Origin: Rhynchobatus australiae
Taxonomy: Eukaryota
Direction of reading: 5' to 3'
Assembly (NCBI GenBank): GCA_034780895.1
Contig: JAUZTB010000068.1
Span: 24,162,697-24,226,696, forward strand
Length of the DNA stretch: 64,000 nt
Shown here: in pieces, positions 24,080 through 35,860 of the stretch
Numbering within the stretch: the first letter of the stretch is position 1
How the letters are laid out: each line of letters begins with the position of its first letter
The notes under the pieces: model-generated
The model's input: only the letters and a program-made list of their open reading frames with translations
Told to the model about the DNA's origin: nothing
The model's database searches: none
Program-made: the position numbers and the translations under genes

Positions 24080-26480
24080 TATATTTTATTCACAAAATTT
24101 GAAAATATTTAATACAGTACATTAATATGTCACTATTGTCAATACAAGCCATTCCATTCTACTTGCTTAAAATATTTACATTACATCAACATAGCATGAA
24201 CTTTTCCTTTACTTACATTCCTTGAGCAAACAGTGCAAGTGGGTTTTAATAGCCCATCAGTGTGCAGTGGCAAGAGGTTGCTAATGAACACAGAACATTA
24301 CAGCACAGTACAGCCCCTTCGGCCCATGATGTTGTCCTGACCTTTTAACTTACTCTTAAGATCAATCTAACCATTCCCTCCCATGTACCCCTCCATTTTT
24401 CTATCATCCAAGGCCTGTGCCTATCTAAGAGTCTCTTAAGTGTCCCTAATGTATCTGCCTCTACCAGCACACCTGGTAGTGTGTTCCACATACCCACCAC
24501 TCTCTGTGTAAAAAAAAAACTTACCTCTATACTTTCCTCCAATCACCTGAAAATCTTGCCCCCTCATGTTAGCCATTTCCGCTCTGGGAAAAAGTCTCTT
24601 GCTGTCCACTTGATCTATGCCTCTTATCATCTTGTACACCTCTATCAGGTCACTTCTCAGCCTCCTCCTCTCCAAAGAGAAAAGCCCTAGCTCACTCAGC
24701 CTATCCTCATAAGACATTCTCTTCAATCCAGGTAGCATTCTGGTAAATCTCCTCTGCATCCTTTCTAAAGCTTCCACATCCTTTCTTAGTGAGGCATCCA
24801 GAACTGAACACAATATCCTAAGTGTGGTCTAACCAGGGTTTTATAGAGCTGCAGCATTACCTCATGGCTCTACTCAAGAGTTCAAGAATCTTTAATCTCT
24901 GGCTTTTCTCCAGAGAGCCATTGCAAGAGCCGTACCAAACTTAAGGACATCCCTCTCCATGTAGTCATTGCCCTCAGAATGTGCCAGTTTGCATCATTCA
25001 GTCACTGCCTGAGTGAGTTGTTCTCAAGGTGCTCTTCTTGCATAGTTTCTTGTACTGAAAGATCCAGTAGGTTTCAGGCAGACTGGAGTGTGTCTTTCAC
25101 CAACTTGATAATCTTACAGCATCAGTTAGTATTTGCCATTGTGTGCAACCGTGGGCACAGCTGACAGAACACTTTGTTATGCAGTTTTTCAGGCTGGACT
25201 TTGACAAAGGCCACTGCATCTCTTTAAGTTCAAAATTATTGTTGTGGGCATACATACCCAGGCTATAAGTGCCATGAAAATTACCTTTTTTCAGTAGCAA
25301 CACAGTATGTTACAAACATAACTTACATAAACTTAAATTAATATTATACATAACTTACATGACACAATAAATGCCTCTTTTTAGCCCATCTTGACAAACG
25401 CATATTTCAGGAGGTGGATGATGCTTTCAACCCCACTGTGGCTGCTTCGAAAACAGAATGCTGCTTTGCACTAAGGATTTGAGTGTGGAGGGGATGTCCT
25501 CATCACCATCTCAATAATGTCTTTATGTTTGTTTGAAAGTTCTGGTGATGAAGCATTTCTACAGTTTTGCCTGGGGAACCAATGAACAGGGCCCACCATC
25601 TACTTCTGCAGAGCTTCAAGGACATTGTATTCAGACCACTGCATGAGTGACTTGTGATCAAGGTGCTCTTCTGCACAAACTATTCTACAAGGTATTGGTG
25701 ATATGGTACAGTCCAACTGAATGGACTGTACTACAGCAAGATGGTCAAACCTAGCCTTTACAACACAGGGACAGATAGAACCGCATGGCAACACTTAGTT
25801 TTGATGTAGTCCTCACCAAGATAACCAACAGAATGAGGGCCACATTGGGGTTCATTCTGCCTCCACTTGGAGATCTCTACATTGTATCTCTGCAGGTAAA
25901 GTCCACTTTCAATCTCTAGACAATTTGGAAGCCAGATTAGATGACTGCTGCAGTACAGGATCACCTGCAACATATACAACAAGCCCAAGGACATCTCACA
26001 TCTCATGATCAGGTTCTTTCCCACAATATGGTCAGAAAATTGTTTCCACAATCCCAATGCCTGATTCACTTTGGCTATACACTCCACCCAGATCTTGATT
26101 ACATGCCCTGTCTCCTCTGATCCATAGTCCCAGCACCTTCAGGTAGTTGGACCTGACAGTGAAAGGGACAGACAATCAGTTGAACCAGTTGCCAAAGAGC
26201 ATTGTTTTGTTTTTTCTCTAATATTAACTCAGTCCCAAGGGCAGATTAAATTGGTTGCAGATGCTCATCCATCTGTAGAACAACGGTGGATCTGGGAAAA
26301 GACAATGAAGTCATCTAAATACAGGGAGATTTTGACCTTAGCACCTCTGCAGCATGGGATCATCTCTCTTAAACCCACTTCCTTTCTGATGGGCTTGGCA
26401 AAAGAATCAATACAACACACATTAAGAAAGGGGAGAAAAGACAGCCTTGCTGAGCTTCCGATTGGATCATCTCCCACTCA
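24080..26480 (-). mobile_element. Decayed Tx1/L1-clade LINE (RT to 3' end), interrupted by a CR1
   Basis: VCCIDSFAKPIRKEVGL...KVKISLYLDD RT motif (26265-26477); AATAAA-ending tail near 24085. Confidence 0.7.
24287..24872 (-). mobile_element. Relatively young CR1 LINE 3' end
   Basis: RKDVEALERMQRRFTRMLPGL...LGLFSLERRRLRSDLIEVYKMIRG; FFTQRVVGMWNTLP; typical 3' tail. Confidence 0.9.
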
Positions 26481-27049
26481 CTAATTAGGACTGCACTAGT
26501 GATGTTGTGCAGAACAATCATGTCCAATTATGGATTTTGTCCCAGAACTCCATTTTGGAATGCAAACAGATCATAGATATGTGGGATTTTCTGCTAAAGG
26601 CCTTCTAGTCCAAAGTGATAAAGCAAGTGTCCACCTCAAGTGTTCTTTTATCTGGGCCCTAAGTGAAACAATTCATATAAAATTCAAAATTTCTAAAAAT
26701 GCAATACTTGTTTAAAATGCTACAAATGAATACCAACACAGCTCTCAATAAGTTAAATTCACAGGACTGCAGAGATGAAAGATGTTAATAAGAATATTAA
26801 CCAAAGCTTTAGTCTTAACCCAGAACAGGAGTTCAGATTGGGGAAACCAGGTTCTAATTAGTCAACATAAAGGCTAGAACACCATTATTAGAGACAGGAT
26901 CTGAGTCCTGTCCAGAGCTGTTTCACCTAGAATGTCATGCGTGCATACAAAAGCAGGAAGTAATTATAGCTGTTAGCATGCAAATAATGAAGGACCTGGT
27001 TTTGAATTGCTCATTAATTTATAATTGCCATAATCTGAATCCTTGTGGT

Positions 27050-28080
27050 TGATTTATGTATGATCTTTCAAAAGACCTTTGACAAAGTATGTTGACAATC
27101 GACATTAGCAAAATTCAATCCCATGGAATTAAAATAATATTGCCAAAGTATACAAAATTAGGTATGCAACAGAATATTGTAAATGGTAGTGAATGTTTGC
27201 TTTATGTAATAGAGGAAAATAGATAAAGTACTACTTTTTGGTGTAGATTTATAGTTGGACGAAGTATAGAGGGGAAGATTTCAAACTTAGAGATGCAAAT
27301 AAACAGTGTGAAGGATGGTAATAAATTTCAGGAGGACATTATCAAGCTGATAAAGTAGGAAAACATAAAAGATGAAATTTAATGCAGGAAAGTATGTAGC
27401 ACTTCATGTTAGTTGGAAGACTGAGGAGCAACAATCATACTAAAATATTTAAAGAAGCTGTGAAGACAGACATACAGCTACAGATATACATCTACATGAA
27501 GGTATCTGGACAAACTGAGAAAGTTGTTAAAAGTACATTGGGCTTTATGAAGAGGGGCACAGAGTACAAGTGCAAGCTAATATAAAACAGTTGCTCAACC
27601 CCAATTAGCATCATACGTTATAACAGGTGACAAGACCTCAGCAAGAGTGAAGAGAGAAATTACTAATTTGGTGTCAGATTGCGGTACCTCAATTATGTGA
27701 AAAAAAATGAGCGAATAGGTTATTCTCCTTAATGCAGCAAAGGTTAAGATGTGATTTAATAGAGATATTCAACATAAGTTTGTTAAGAGAAAACATAATA
27801 AAAATTATTTTCTAATGGAGGTAAAGTTAGTAACTAGAGGTAAAAGATTTAAATTTATTGTCAAAGGAAATACTGATGACATTAGAAGACAAAAGGTGTA
27901 GCTTGTTATCATCTTCAAAGTGCTTCCTGAAAGGATGGTGATAGTTGATTCACTAATAATTTACAAAAAGGAATTGGATGCAAGGTTAATGGGAGAATAT
28001 TGGGAAATACTGATTCTTTTTCAAAGATCCAGCATGAGCTCAATACTCCCTTTCTATCATGAGTCATTCTGTGATTCTAT
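27050..28080 (+). mobile_element. Decayed CR1 LINE fragment
   Basis: DLSKDL/DF-K motif, gatgaaatttaatgcaggaaagtatg, and a CR1 tail ending tgtgattctatga. Confidence 0.65.
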
Positions 28081-29835
28081 GACACATCATTTGCAACAAA
28101 AAATAGCTTCTTGATTTGTCATTGACTTCACCTCATCAGAGTGTTCACCAGCTTGTGCGGAGTTGTTTATTGAAGTTACTGGTACATATCCTTACACTTT
28201 CTATGTTATATTATGAGTAGGTACTGGACATTTTGAGTCAAGTCAGGAATAGTTTGGATTTGCTTATAGTAGTATCTGATGTTATTCAGTCCATGAAGGT
28301 ATTCACAACCTTTCCAAATTATGATAGCTTTCGATTACTGTGAGATCACTCTACCTCCGCACAATAATGTACAATCTAACTGGGTATTTACAGCATCAGA
28401 ATTACAGGTTTCTGTTTGCAATTCTCTGAGAAAATTATACATTTTGTTTTTAAGTGCATCCTAGATCTTTCCATTGAAGAGAGAAGGAATAGACAGGCTT
28501 TAACTTCTGAATTCCCATGTCTTAATTTGGGTCCCTGCTGCTTACTTTCAATATAATTGTTCCATGTACCCACTGATGCATCGTTATTCAATTTTTCTGA
28601 TGGGAGAACTTATTTTTAATCAAAATTTCCACAATTGAATTGGACTAGAGAAAGAAAACAGACAATTCCTGCCCATTTCACAACTGAGGGAAAATGAGCA
28701 ATGGAAATCCCATTGCAAAAGTAGAATGTTAAGCTTTTTCTCGCAACAAAAAAAATAAATTAACCACATTAAAATGAACCNNNNNNNNNNNNNNNNNNNN
28801 NNNNNNNNNNNNNNNNNNNNNNNNNNNNNNNNNNNNNNNNNNNNNNNNNNNNNNNNNNNNNNNNNNNNNNNNNNNNNNNNTGTATTCTTATAAATACTTA
28901 GAGGACTCTTTAATTCCACTTTCATAACTTGGAGTAAGTGAAAATTAAATGAATGGCATCCAGAACTTGATTGGTGGTCACTAGTTTGAGTTAGAAGGCA
29001 CTTGTCTATTAATCAGAGAGGGTGGCAAAGATTCTGAAAGCTGTTATGAAAGCAAATGGACAGGAGATTCACATGGATTGCAAAAGTGAAGGAAAAGAAA
29101 ACCCAAGATTCAGTGATGTATCTGAAGGTATGTGACAGAACTTTAGTTCATCCTAACTTTGTTGAATGCCTGTGGATGTTGGGCAAGGACTCAGTAAGAT
29201 GCCAATGTGGAGAGTTGTCTAACCTTTTTGATACTTCACTGCAGTCTCCTTTGAGGAGGTGGAGACATATTTAAAGTCTCCATTCTTGTCTTTGTTACAG
29301 CTTTTATAGGTATTCTTTGCAGGAACTGGAACAGCTACACCAAACCATACCCAAAGAAAACTGATCTCCATGATCATTGTCAAATAGGTGAAGCAGCAGA
29401 TCTAAACTAGTGCCATATTGGTGGGTGTGACTAACTGAGCTACACTAGCTACTCATACTTACACACTGCTACAGAAAGTGATACCACAACGTTGATGGGT
29501 GCTTCTGAGGTCATATCCAACACCACAGATGGTTAAATATCTACATATATATGTGCTGCCATTATAGTCTGTTACTCTTTGGGAAGTCATTCTGCTTTAA
29601 TCATCAGTCAAATTGATGGATGTTAAACTACCGGTGCAGGTGGGATGTGTGGGTTTCATTAAATGGACACATCACTTTCCAACATGCCAGACTGAGGCTT
29701 TCTTTATATACTGATATTAGTACTGTGCAAATAATAGTGTAGAACAGTGTTCAAAAACTCAGCCACAGATGTTTCTCCTTTTTTTGTTTTCTGCGGCGCA
29801 TGATTTAATTGCTCCTGAGCACAACCTCTCTTTAA

Positions 29836-29884
29836 TACAGGTGTCTTCACCTGCTAGGACTGCATCTATAACCAAATGGCTATA
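29836..29884 (+). repeat. ~50-bp direct repeat, copy 1
   Basis: tacaggtgtcttcacctgctaggactgcatctataaccaaatggctata; near-identical to 33646-33694. Confidence 0.85.
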
Positions 29885-31279
29885 GACATAGATATAAGGT
29901 ACAATAATAAACAGTGATTTTGAAAAACATTTCTAGTCTTAGATAGGATGGTTACAAAGTTGCAACAAAGTTAATCTCTTCTTTGGTTTTGATGTTGAAA
30001 TGCATGGTGCAAAGGCAACTTAAAAGGAGGCAGGAAATTCGATCTAAAGAGCTATGTAGAAATAAACCGACCAATTTGTGTGATTAATCGCCTAATATAC
30101 GTGTACCTCAACATCTGTTACTGTTTAAGTAAGCCCAACAATAAAGGCAGTAGTGGGTCACACTGACTGTGAAACTGAGAAGACTTTCAGTCTGATTATT
30201 CTATTCCTGGCTAAAGGAGGAGGTGGGAAGCAGCAGTAAGGACTGGGCTGAAGCAAAAATAGGTAGAAAATACAAAAGACAAGCTTAAATAAATCATGTA
30301 CAAAGATAGATCTAGTCATATTAATTCCTTTTGCTCTCATTTAGTAATTGTTTAATTGATACTGTATTTTGTATAAACGACTGGAATTTTATTTTTTATT
30401 ATGAATGAACACAGCAAATAAATAATCAAAGGCCTCTCATTATCAGTTTGCAAAAGGATCATGTTCTTGCATCCTGAAATGCATAATGAGAGTCCCTGCT
30501 TTTTCAGCACTTGCAGTAACCCAGTTTACAGCACCCCTATTGCATTGTGGGATTCCTTGGGTGATTAGTTCTATGTCAGCTTGGATGCCTGGCTTCACTG
30601 TGTGTGGGTTCAAACAACAGGGTAAGCGTCAAACCATGTGTACTACAGTCTTTCAGGATCAGATGTTAAAACTAAATGCACTGCAATGCTTCATATGTGC
30701 TTTTTTTTTCACTGTTAGCAGCTGAAATGATATTAATTTTTTAAACATTTTAATCTTAATGGAGTGAGAAAGAGGCCTCCCTTGACATATTTATGTCAAG
30801 GACTGCATGTACAGAGATTTAATAGGTTGTATTAAAAGAAAAAATCTGCAGGAAAGGTGTGTTAGAAGGTTAAAGAAAAAATAACTGGTAAGCAATTTTC
30901 AAACACTGTAGTGCTGATCCTTGACTGTATTCTGGTCTCATACTGTTCAGAGATGGACAGTAGGCCTCCTAAAAGGGGCATGGCATGTGTGTATTATAAG
31001 AAATGGATGATTAATTGAAAGCTCCAGGGAAGAAAAGGAACAGAAAAGAAACCTACAAATGGTTGCTACAAATTGCCCCAACATTTAAATGTTACAAAGC
31101 AAATATCCGCAAACACACTGCTATATATCAGTTACCTCTGATTACTAGGTTTTATTCTTTATACTTTCTGTCAGATGTATCCAGGCAGAGGCATTTTGAC
31201 AGGATTCACTGATGTATTTATTTTGTGGTGTAAGGTTTTGCTGTGTCGCCTTTTGTGATTAAATGGAATGATCTAATTT

Positions 31280-31760
31280 TACAGCACAGAAAAGGGCTAT
31301 TGGGTCTTTTGCTCTTATGCATGCATTTTGAAAAGGCTCTTAGTGTCCAAGTCTCCAGTCTTTTCTCCAAATTCTAAATGTTTTTCTTTTTTTTTTGTTT
31401 TTAAAAGCTATTGTGGATTCTGTTTTCATCATTATTACAGGGAAGGTATTCCAAATTGTGACTGTGCTACATACAAATCTCATATCCTCTCCCTTTGTTC
31501 TATTGGCGGTGATCTTAAATTTGTACCTTTGAGTTAGTAAATAACTCCCATTTATCTTAGCAAAACCCTTCACAATTTGGTATAGATCTAACTCTTCTTA
31601 ACTAATGCAAGTTGCATTTCTCCTAGTTTCTCTTCATAACCAAAACCTTTCCTTTTGGCAGAAATTTAGTGAATCTCTTTTATACCTTGTGTACAGACGT
31701 GGACAGTAAACAGTATACACAATACTCTCTCTGCAATTATAATTTTAGGATTACATGTTT
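31280..31760 (-). mobile_element. Decayed CR1 3' fragment
   Basis: RYKFKITANRTKGEDMR...VTIWNTFP. Confidence 0.6.
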
Positions 31761-32649
31761 GTTTTGAAGTGTTCATCATTTGAGTAAGGAGGAACTCGCA
31801 CTCAAACTACATTTACAGCAAAAATGGGAGAACAGCAAATGGTGACGTTAAAAAGGGTTAATTTATATTTAAGCTTTCAGCAGTTCTGAATCCTCCAAAC
31901 TGATTGTAACAGATGTTTTATGTTGAGGTAGTAGGCCTCAGAAAGACAAAAAAGAATGTTGCAATTCCTTTTCTCATTCTATTTAATTTTGAGAGAAAGT
32001 CAAATCTAATCGAAAAGAGCAGATGGGAAGGGCTGGGGGAAACATGATGGTGAGAAATCTCCAACCTCTGAATAACCACATGGGAAGTGAATTGGAGTAG
32101 TGAAGTACAGATGTACATTTGGGGGTGAGGTGAGTAACAGCTGAGCAAAGAACGAGAGAGCCAATGAGTTGGTAGCTCAAAGGGGAAAAATAGGGTGGTG
32201 TTGGTACGTGATGGGGGGAATTGGGGATGGATAAGGAAAGGGAGAAACACAGTGACTGAGGAAAAGAAGTGCCATTCTCTGTGTAACTCCCATTTCAAAA
32301 GCAATCTGCTTGCTTTTGACTGTTCCAATGACACCACTTCCCAAAAAAGAATCAAAGCAAAGCAGAAATCGAGGAGTAAAATGAAGAATTAAAGGGAGAA
32401 AGGTAGAAGAGGAGAGAGACAGAGAAAGAACAACATGAAAACATTAGAGATAATGAGCTAGAAATTTATCTACAGTTTCTTCCGCATTAAAACTGCATTT
32501 TATATCTCCTTAAGACTTGAAAAAAGATTGTGAGATTTTGTTGTGTTATTTAATAAACGGCATTGTCAGGTTCCCTTGTAACTTCTCACAGCAGTAACAT
32601 CATAAACTTGCCCTTAAAGGAACAGGTGCACAACACCACCAGCATTCTT

Positions 32650-35370
32650 TCATCTGCTAAGGGTGAGAACATGCTCTCATGCTTACAAAGAGCAATCTTG
32701 AGAAACTGCTGAATTTCATCATCCACAGGAGGCAGGTCCTCTGTTCAATGGGGCCATTGAGATCTTCTAGGTCTAAATGCAGCAGTACTAGCAAGAAGTT
32801 GCCATGGAGTTCTTGCCAAGAAACAACATTGCCTGCATTGGTGAACTGTGTTAAAAAAGATTTCATAACCTCAGAACACTAATCATGGTGAGTCCTCACA
32901 ATGCAAGACTTCCTCATTCCATTTGTACCTCTTCCATTCATGGTTTGTTAACATCTTCCCATGAAACACACTCACTCCGTCACTCAAACACATAAGCTGC
33001 TTTTGCCTCTTTTCTCACCTCTCTCTCGTTATATCCCTGCTGCTGTACATGTGCACCGCTCTTACTCTATGGGCCTTACTGCATTTCCTGGTTCCCCCTC
33101 TCCCCGTGCCTCCTATATCCCTGTCCCTTCCCCTCTTCCTGTCTCTCCCAACCACTCAGTCTGTGTTGTGTTCCTCTCTTTGCTTCTGGGCTTGCTGTTA
33201 AATGAGATCAAAAGACCTGTGCCCTGCACGCAGCACTGGCACTCTTTTAGTCCAGGACAATCATTCACCATGATGCACCAACACTCATTCATGAACTCAA
33301 TGGTATACATTATCTCCCTCTCCATTTATCGCCCAGGTCCACGCTCTCATACTCCCACCTTCTCCTTGACTATTTCCCAGAACCATGCAGGAATTCACCA
33401 CGCCTTGTGTACTCAGCTACTTTTGCAACTGTTATCTGTTTTAGGTCAAAATTACCAGGAACAGGTGGATGTTTCTCCAGATTGGAGGGGCAAACCTCAG
33501 CACGGTGGACTAACCTCTGAAAAGAGGGAGTGGTAGATCTGATGAGTGCTGGAGCAAGTAAACCCCAGACACCAGAAGAAGTAGAGCTTGTTTAAGATCT
33601 GCTGGGTCTGATGTCATTGCTCTTTAACACAATCTCCCACATTGGTACAGGTGTCTTCACCTGCTGGGACTGCATCTATAACCAAATAGCTATATACCAT
33701 ATATATAATCCAACCATTCTCCATAGGTAGTAGTTAAGTTGGTACATTAGCCTGGTGTAAACAATGCCTCATTGCTGATGTGTCTCTGAGTTGCACTTGG
33801 ACAAGCAAACACCCAGAGACAAAGGTTTCTGCATTGCAGTTGTCACTTGTTAGTAGTTCTTTCACAATGCAGCAGACCAGGATAAGAAGACACTAAAACA
33901 TACCTGGTCTTGCATCAATGCAAATCATAATATACATACGGTCCAATAAAAACATGTTTAACACAGTCACCAGCCCTATATATGCACACAAACTCCTTTA
34001 CAAAGGGATAAATAAATGAGGATGCTTGTGATGCACAATATGAGAACCTTTACTACAGCAGCATTATAGTTGTGCAGAGAAAGCTTGTAGTCATGTGCGT
34101 GGTTATAATCTTGGCTGGTCATAGATTATTTAAGGCTTCACTGGAAACCTTTGTGTTTTGCAAATTTGTCCTGTAGAGACAGCCATTCCAAGGTCAACCC
34201 CTTCAGCAGGAGCTCATGTCATTGACACTGTTAACAAAGAGTCCCTTCAAGTATGTGCAGAAATCAATACTTCCAAAAAGATGCAAGCTGCAACATGGAG
34301 TAAGCATTGTGACTGCAGTTATCAGGCATGCCTGGTGATGATGTAATGTTCGTGATTCAGCATTGCTACAGGATTAGCTAAAATGGATTCCTTTTCTATT
34401 CAGGGTTCCCTCAGAGAAACAGAGAAGAGAGCCCTGAAGCACTGTCTGCTTCTGCAGAGGATGTGTTGGAGTCACCTACAGAGCTGGAGGAGAAGTGCTG
34501 CTGCATTTGTGCATTCCCATTGTGCCAGCGCACTTGTCTCTATGGAGTACCAGCTCAGGTACTGGCACTGTGAGGGAAGAGATTAAATTAAAAGGGCACG
34601 CTTGCTCAGATGAGACATCTGCCTCTGCCAGACTGCAGTCAAGCAAGTGGGAAAGAGGATATTGTGTCAGATTCACACAGGTTGAGTCCCATTGGAAGTG
34701 CTGACTTGGAGGGGGCAGACGAGCCCTATGATAGGGAGGCATTTAGGAAGTCTTAACACACTTAGAACAATATCTATGAGATGATCAGGGAGTTTGGATA
34801 AGTCCACGTCCACATCATCTTGGGAGCTGGTGCAGAGCCAGGAGAATCTTGCTTCATTTTGGAAGTGATTCATTCTTCTGTGCCAAGTGATGGCAATGCA
34901 GAGGAAGCAGTAGCTAAAGGACCAGATTCCTGCCTTGACTGAGACCCAGTCCCTGTTTCCTAGAACTTAGCAGCAGAGTGATTCCAAGGGGCAGCAGCTT
35001 GCTGCTCTGCAGAACATTGGTGCTGCTTTCAGGGAGCAGTGAGAACCAAGCCGCAGGGTCTATTTGTCAGCCTTTCCTGGGTTCTGTTGGCAGTGCAGGA
35101 GCTGAGGTTCCTGTCCCCTCTCAGGATGTCTGGAATTCTCCTGCGGCTGTTGGCTGTCAAGCACCACCCTTGCCAATTCAACCAAGCTTGCTTCCCCAGA
35201 CTGCAGGTGCACCAGTTATTAACCTCGCAGTCTGGAGCCAGCCCATCAAGGACACCAGCTCTTCACAGACAACTCAAGAGGACACTTTTATCTAAGAGCT
35301 AAGTGGAGATCATGTCTTCTAGCAGCCGGGTGTCATCCACAGGGGAACAACCACAATGGAGTGGTAGGAC
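32650..35370 (+). mobile_element. Decayed PIF/Harbinger-associated Myb/SANT-like gene (spliced), pseudogenised
   Basis: Exon-like 32660-32887: LEKLLNFIIHRRQVL / QY*QEVAME..RNNIACIGELC*KRFHNL, then ATG|GTGAGT. Next exon from ~33444: KITRNR..QIGG/GKPQHGGLTSE. Confidence 0.55.
33646..33694 (+). repeat. ~50-bp direct repeat, copy 2
   Basis: tacaggtgtcttcacctgctgggactgcatctataaccaaatagctata; 2 mismatches to copy 1. Confidence 0.85.
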
Positions 35371-35441
35371 TNNNNNNNNNNNNNNNNNNNNNNNNNNNNN
35401 NNNNNNNNNNNNNNNNNNNNNTCACTGATTTGTGTTACATT

Positions 35442-35860
35442 GGGCTGGCCATGTTGTTTGTGTGCCTGACATCTGATTTCCCCCAACAGACAATCTACTT
35501 CTGAGCTCTATAGTGGGAGGAGAATAGCAGGTGGACAGAGAGAAAGATTCAAGGATGTGCTCGAATCTTCTTTGAAGAAGTGCAATGTTCCCAGTGACTC
35601 TTGGGAACCTCTCACCAATGACTGCTCAAGGTGGTGGAGTAATATTTGGAATGGTTTTGTGAATCTTGAGGCTATGCATCGTAACACACAGAAGTGCTGT
35701 TAAAGTGGTAGAATTGCAGCACCTCACAAACCATCTGCCCCATGCTCCCTGTCCCATCTGTGAAAGAGCCTGCAATTCCCACATTGGCCGCATCAGGACC
35801 CATAAGACTGAGTAGAAGCAAGTCGTCCTCAATGACAAGAGAATGACTTAAAAAAAAAGA
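35442..35860 (+). mobile_element. RTE-type LINE 3' end
   Basis: WAGHV, GGQRERFKDVL...SLKKC and CPICERACNSHIG motifs. Confidence 0.75.
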
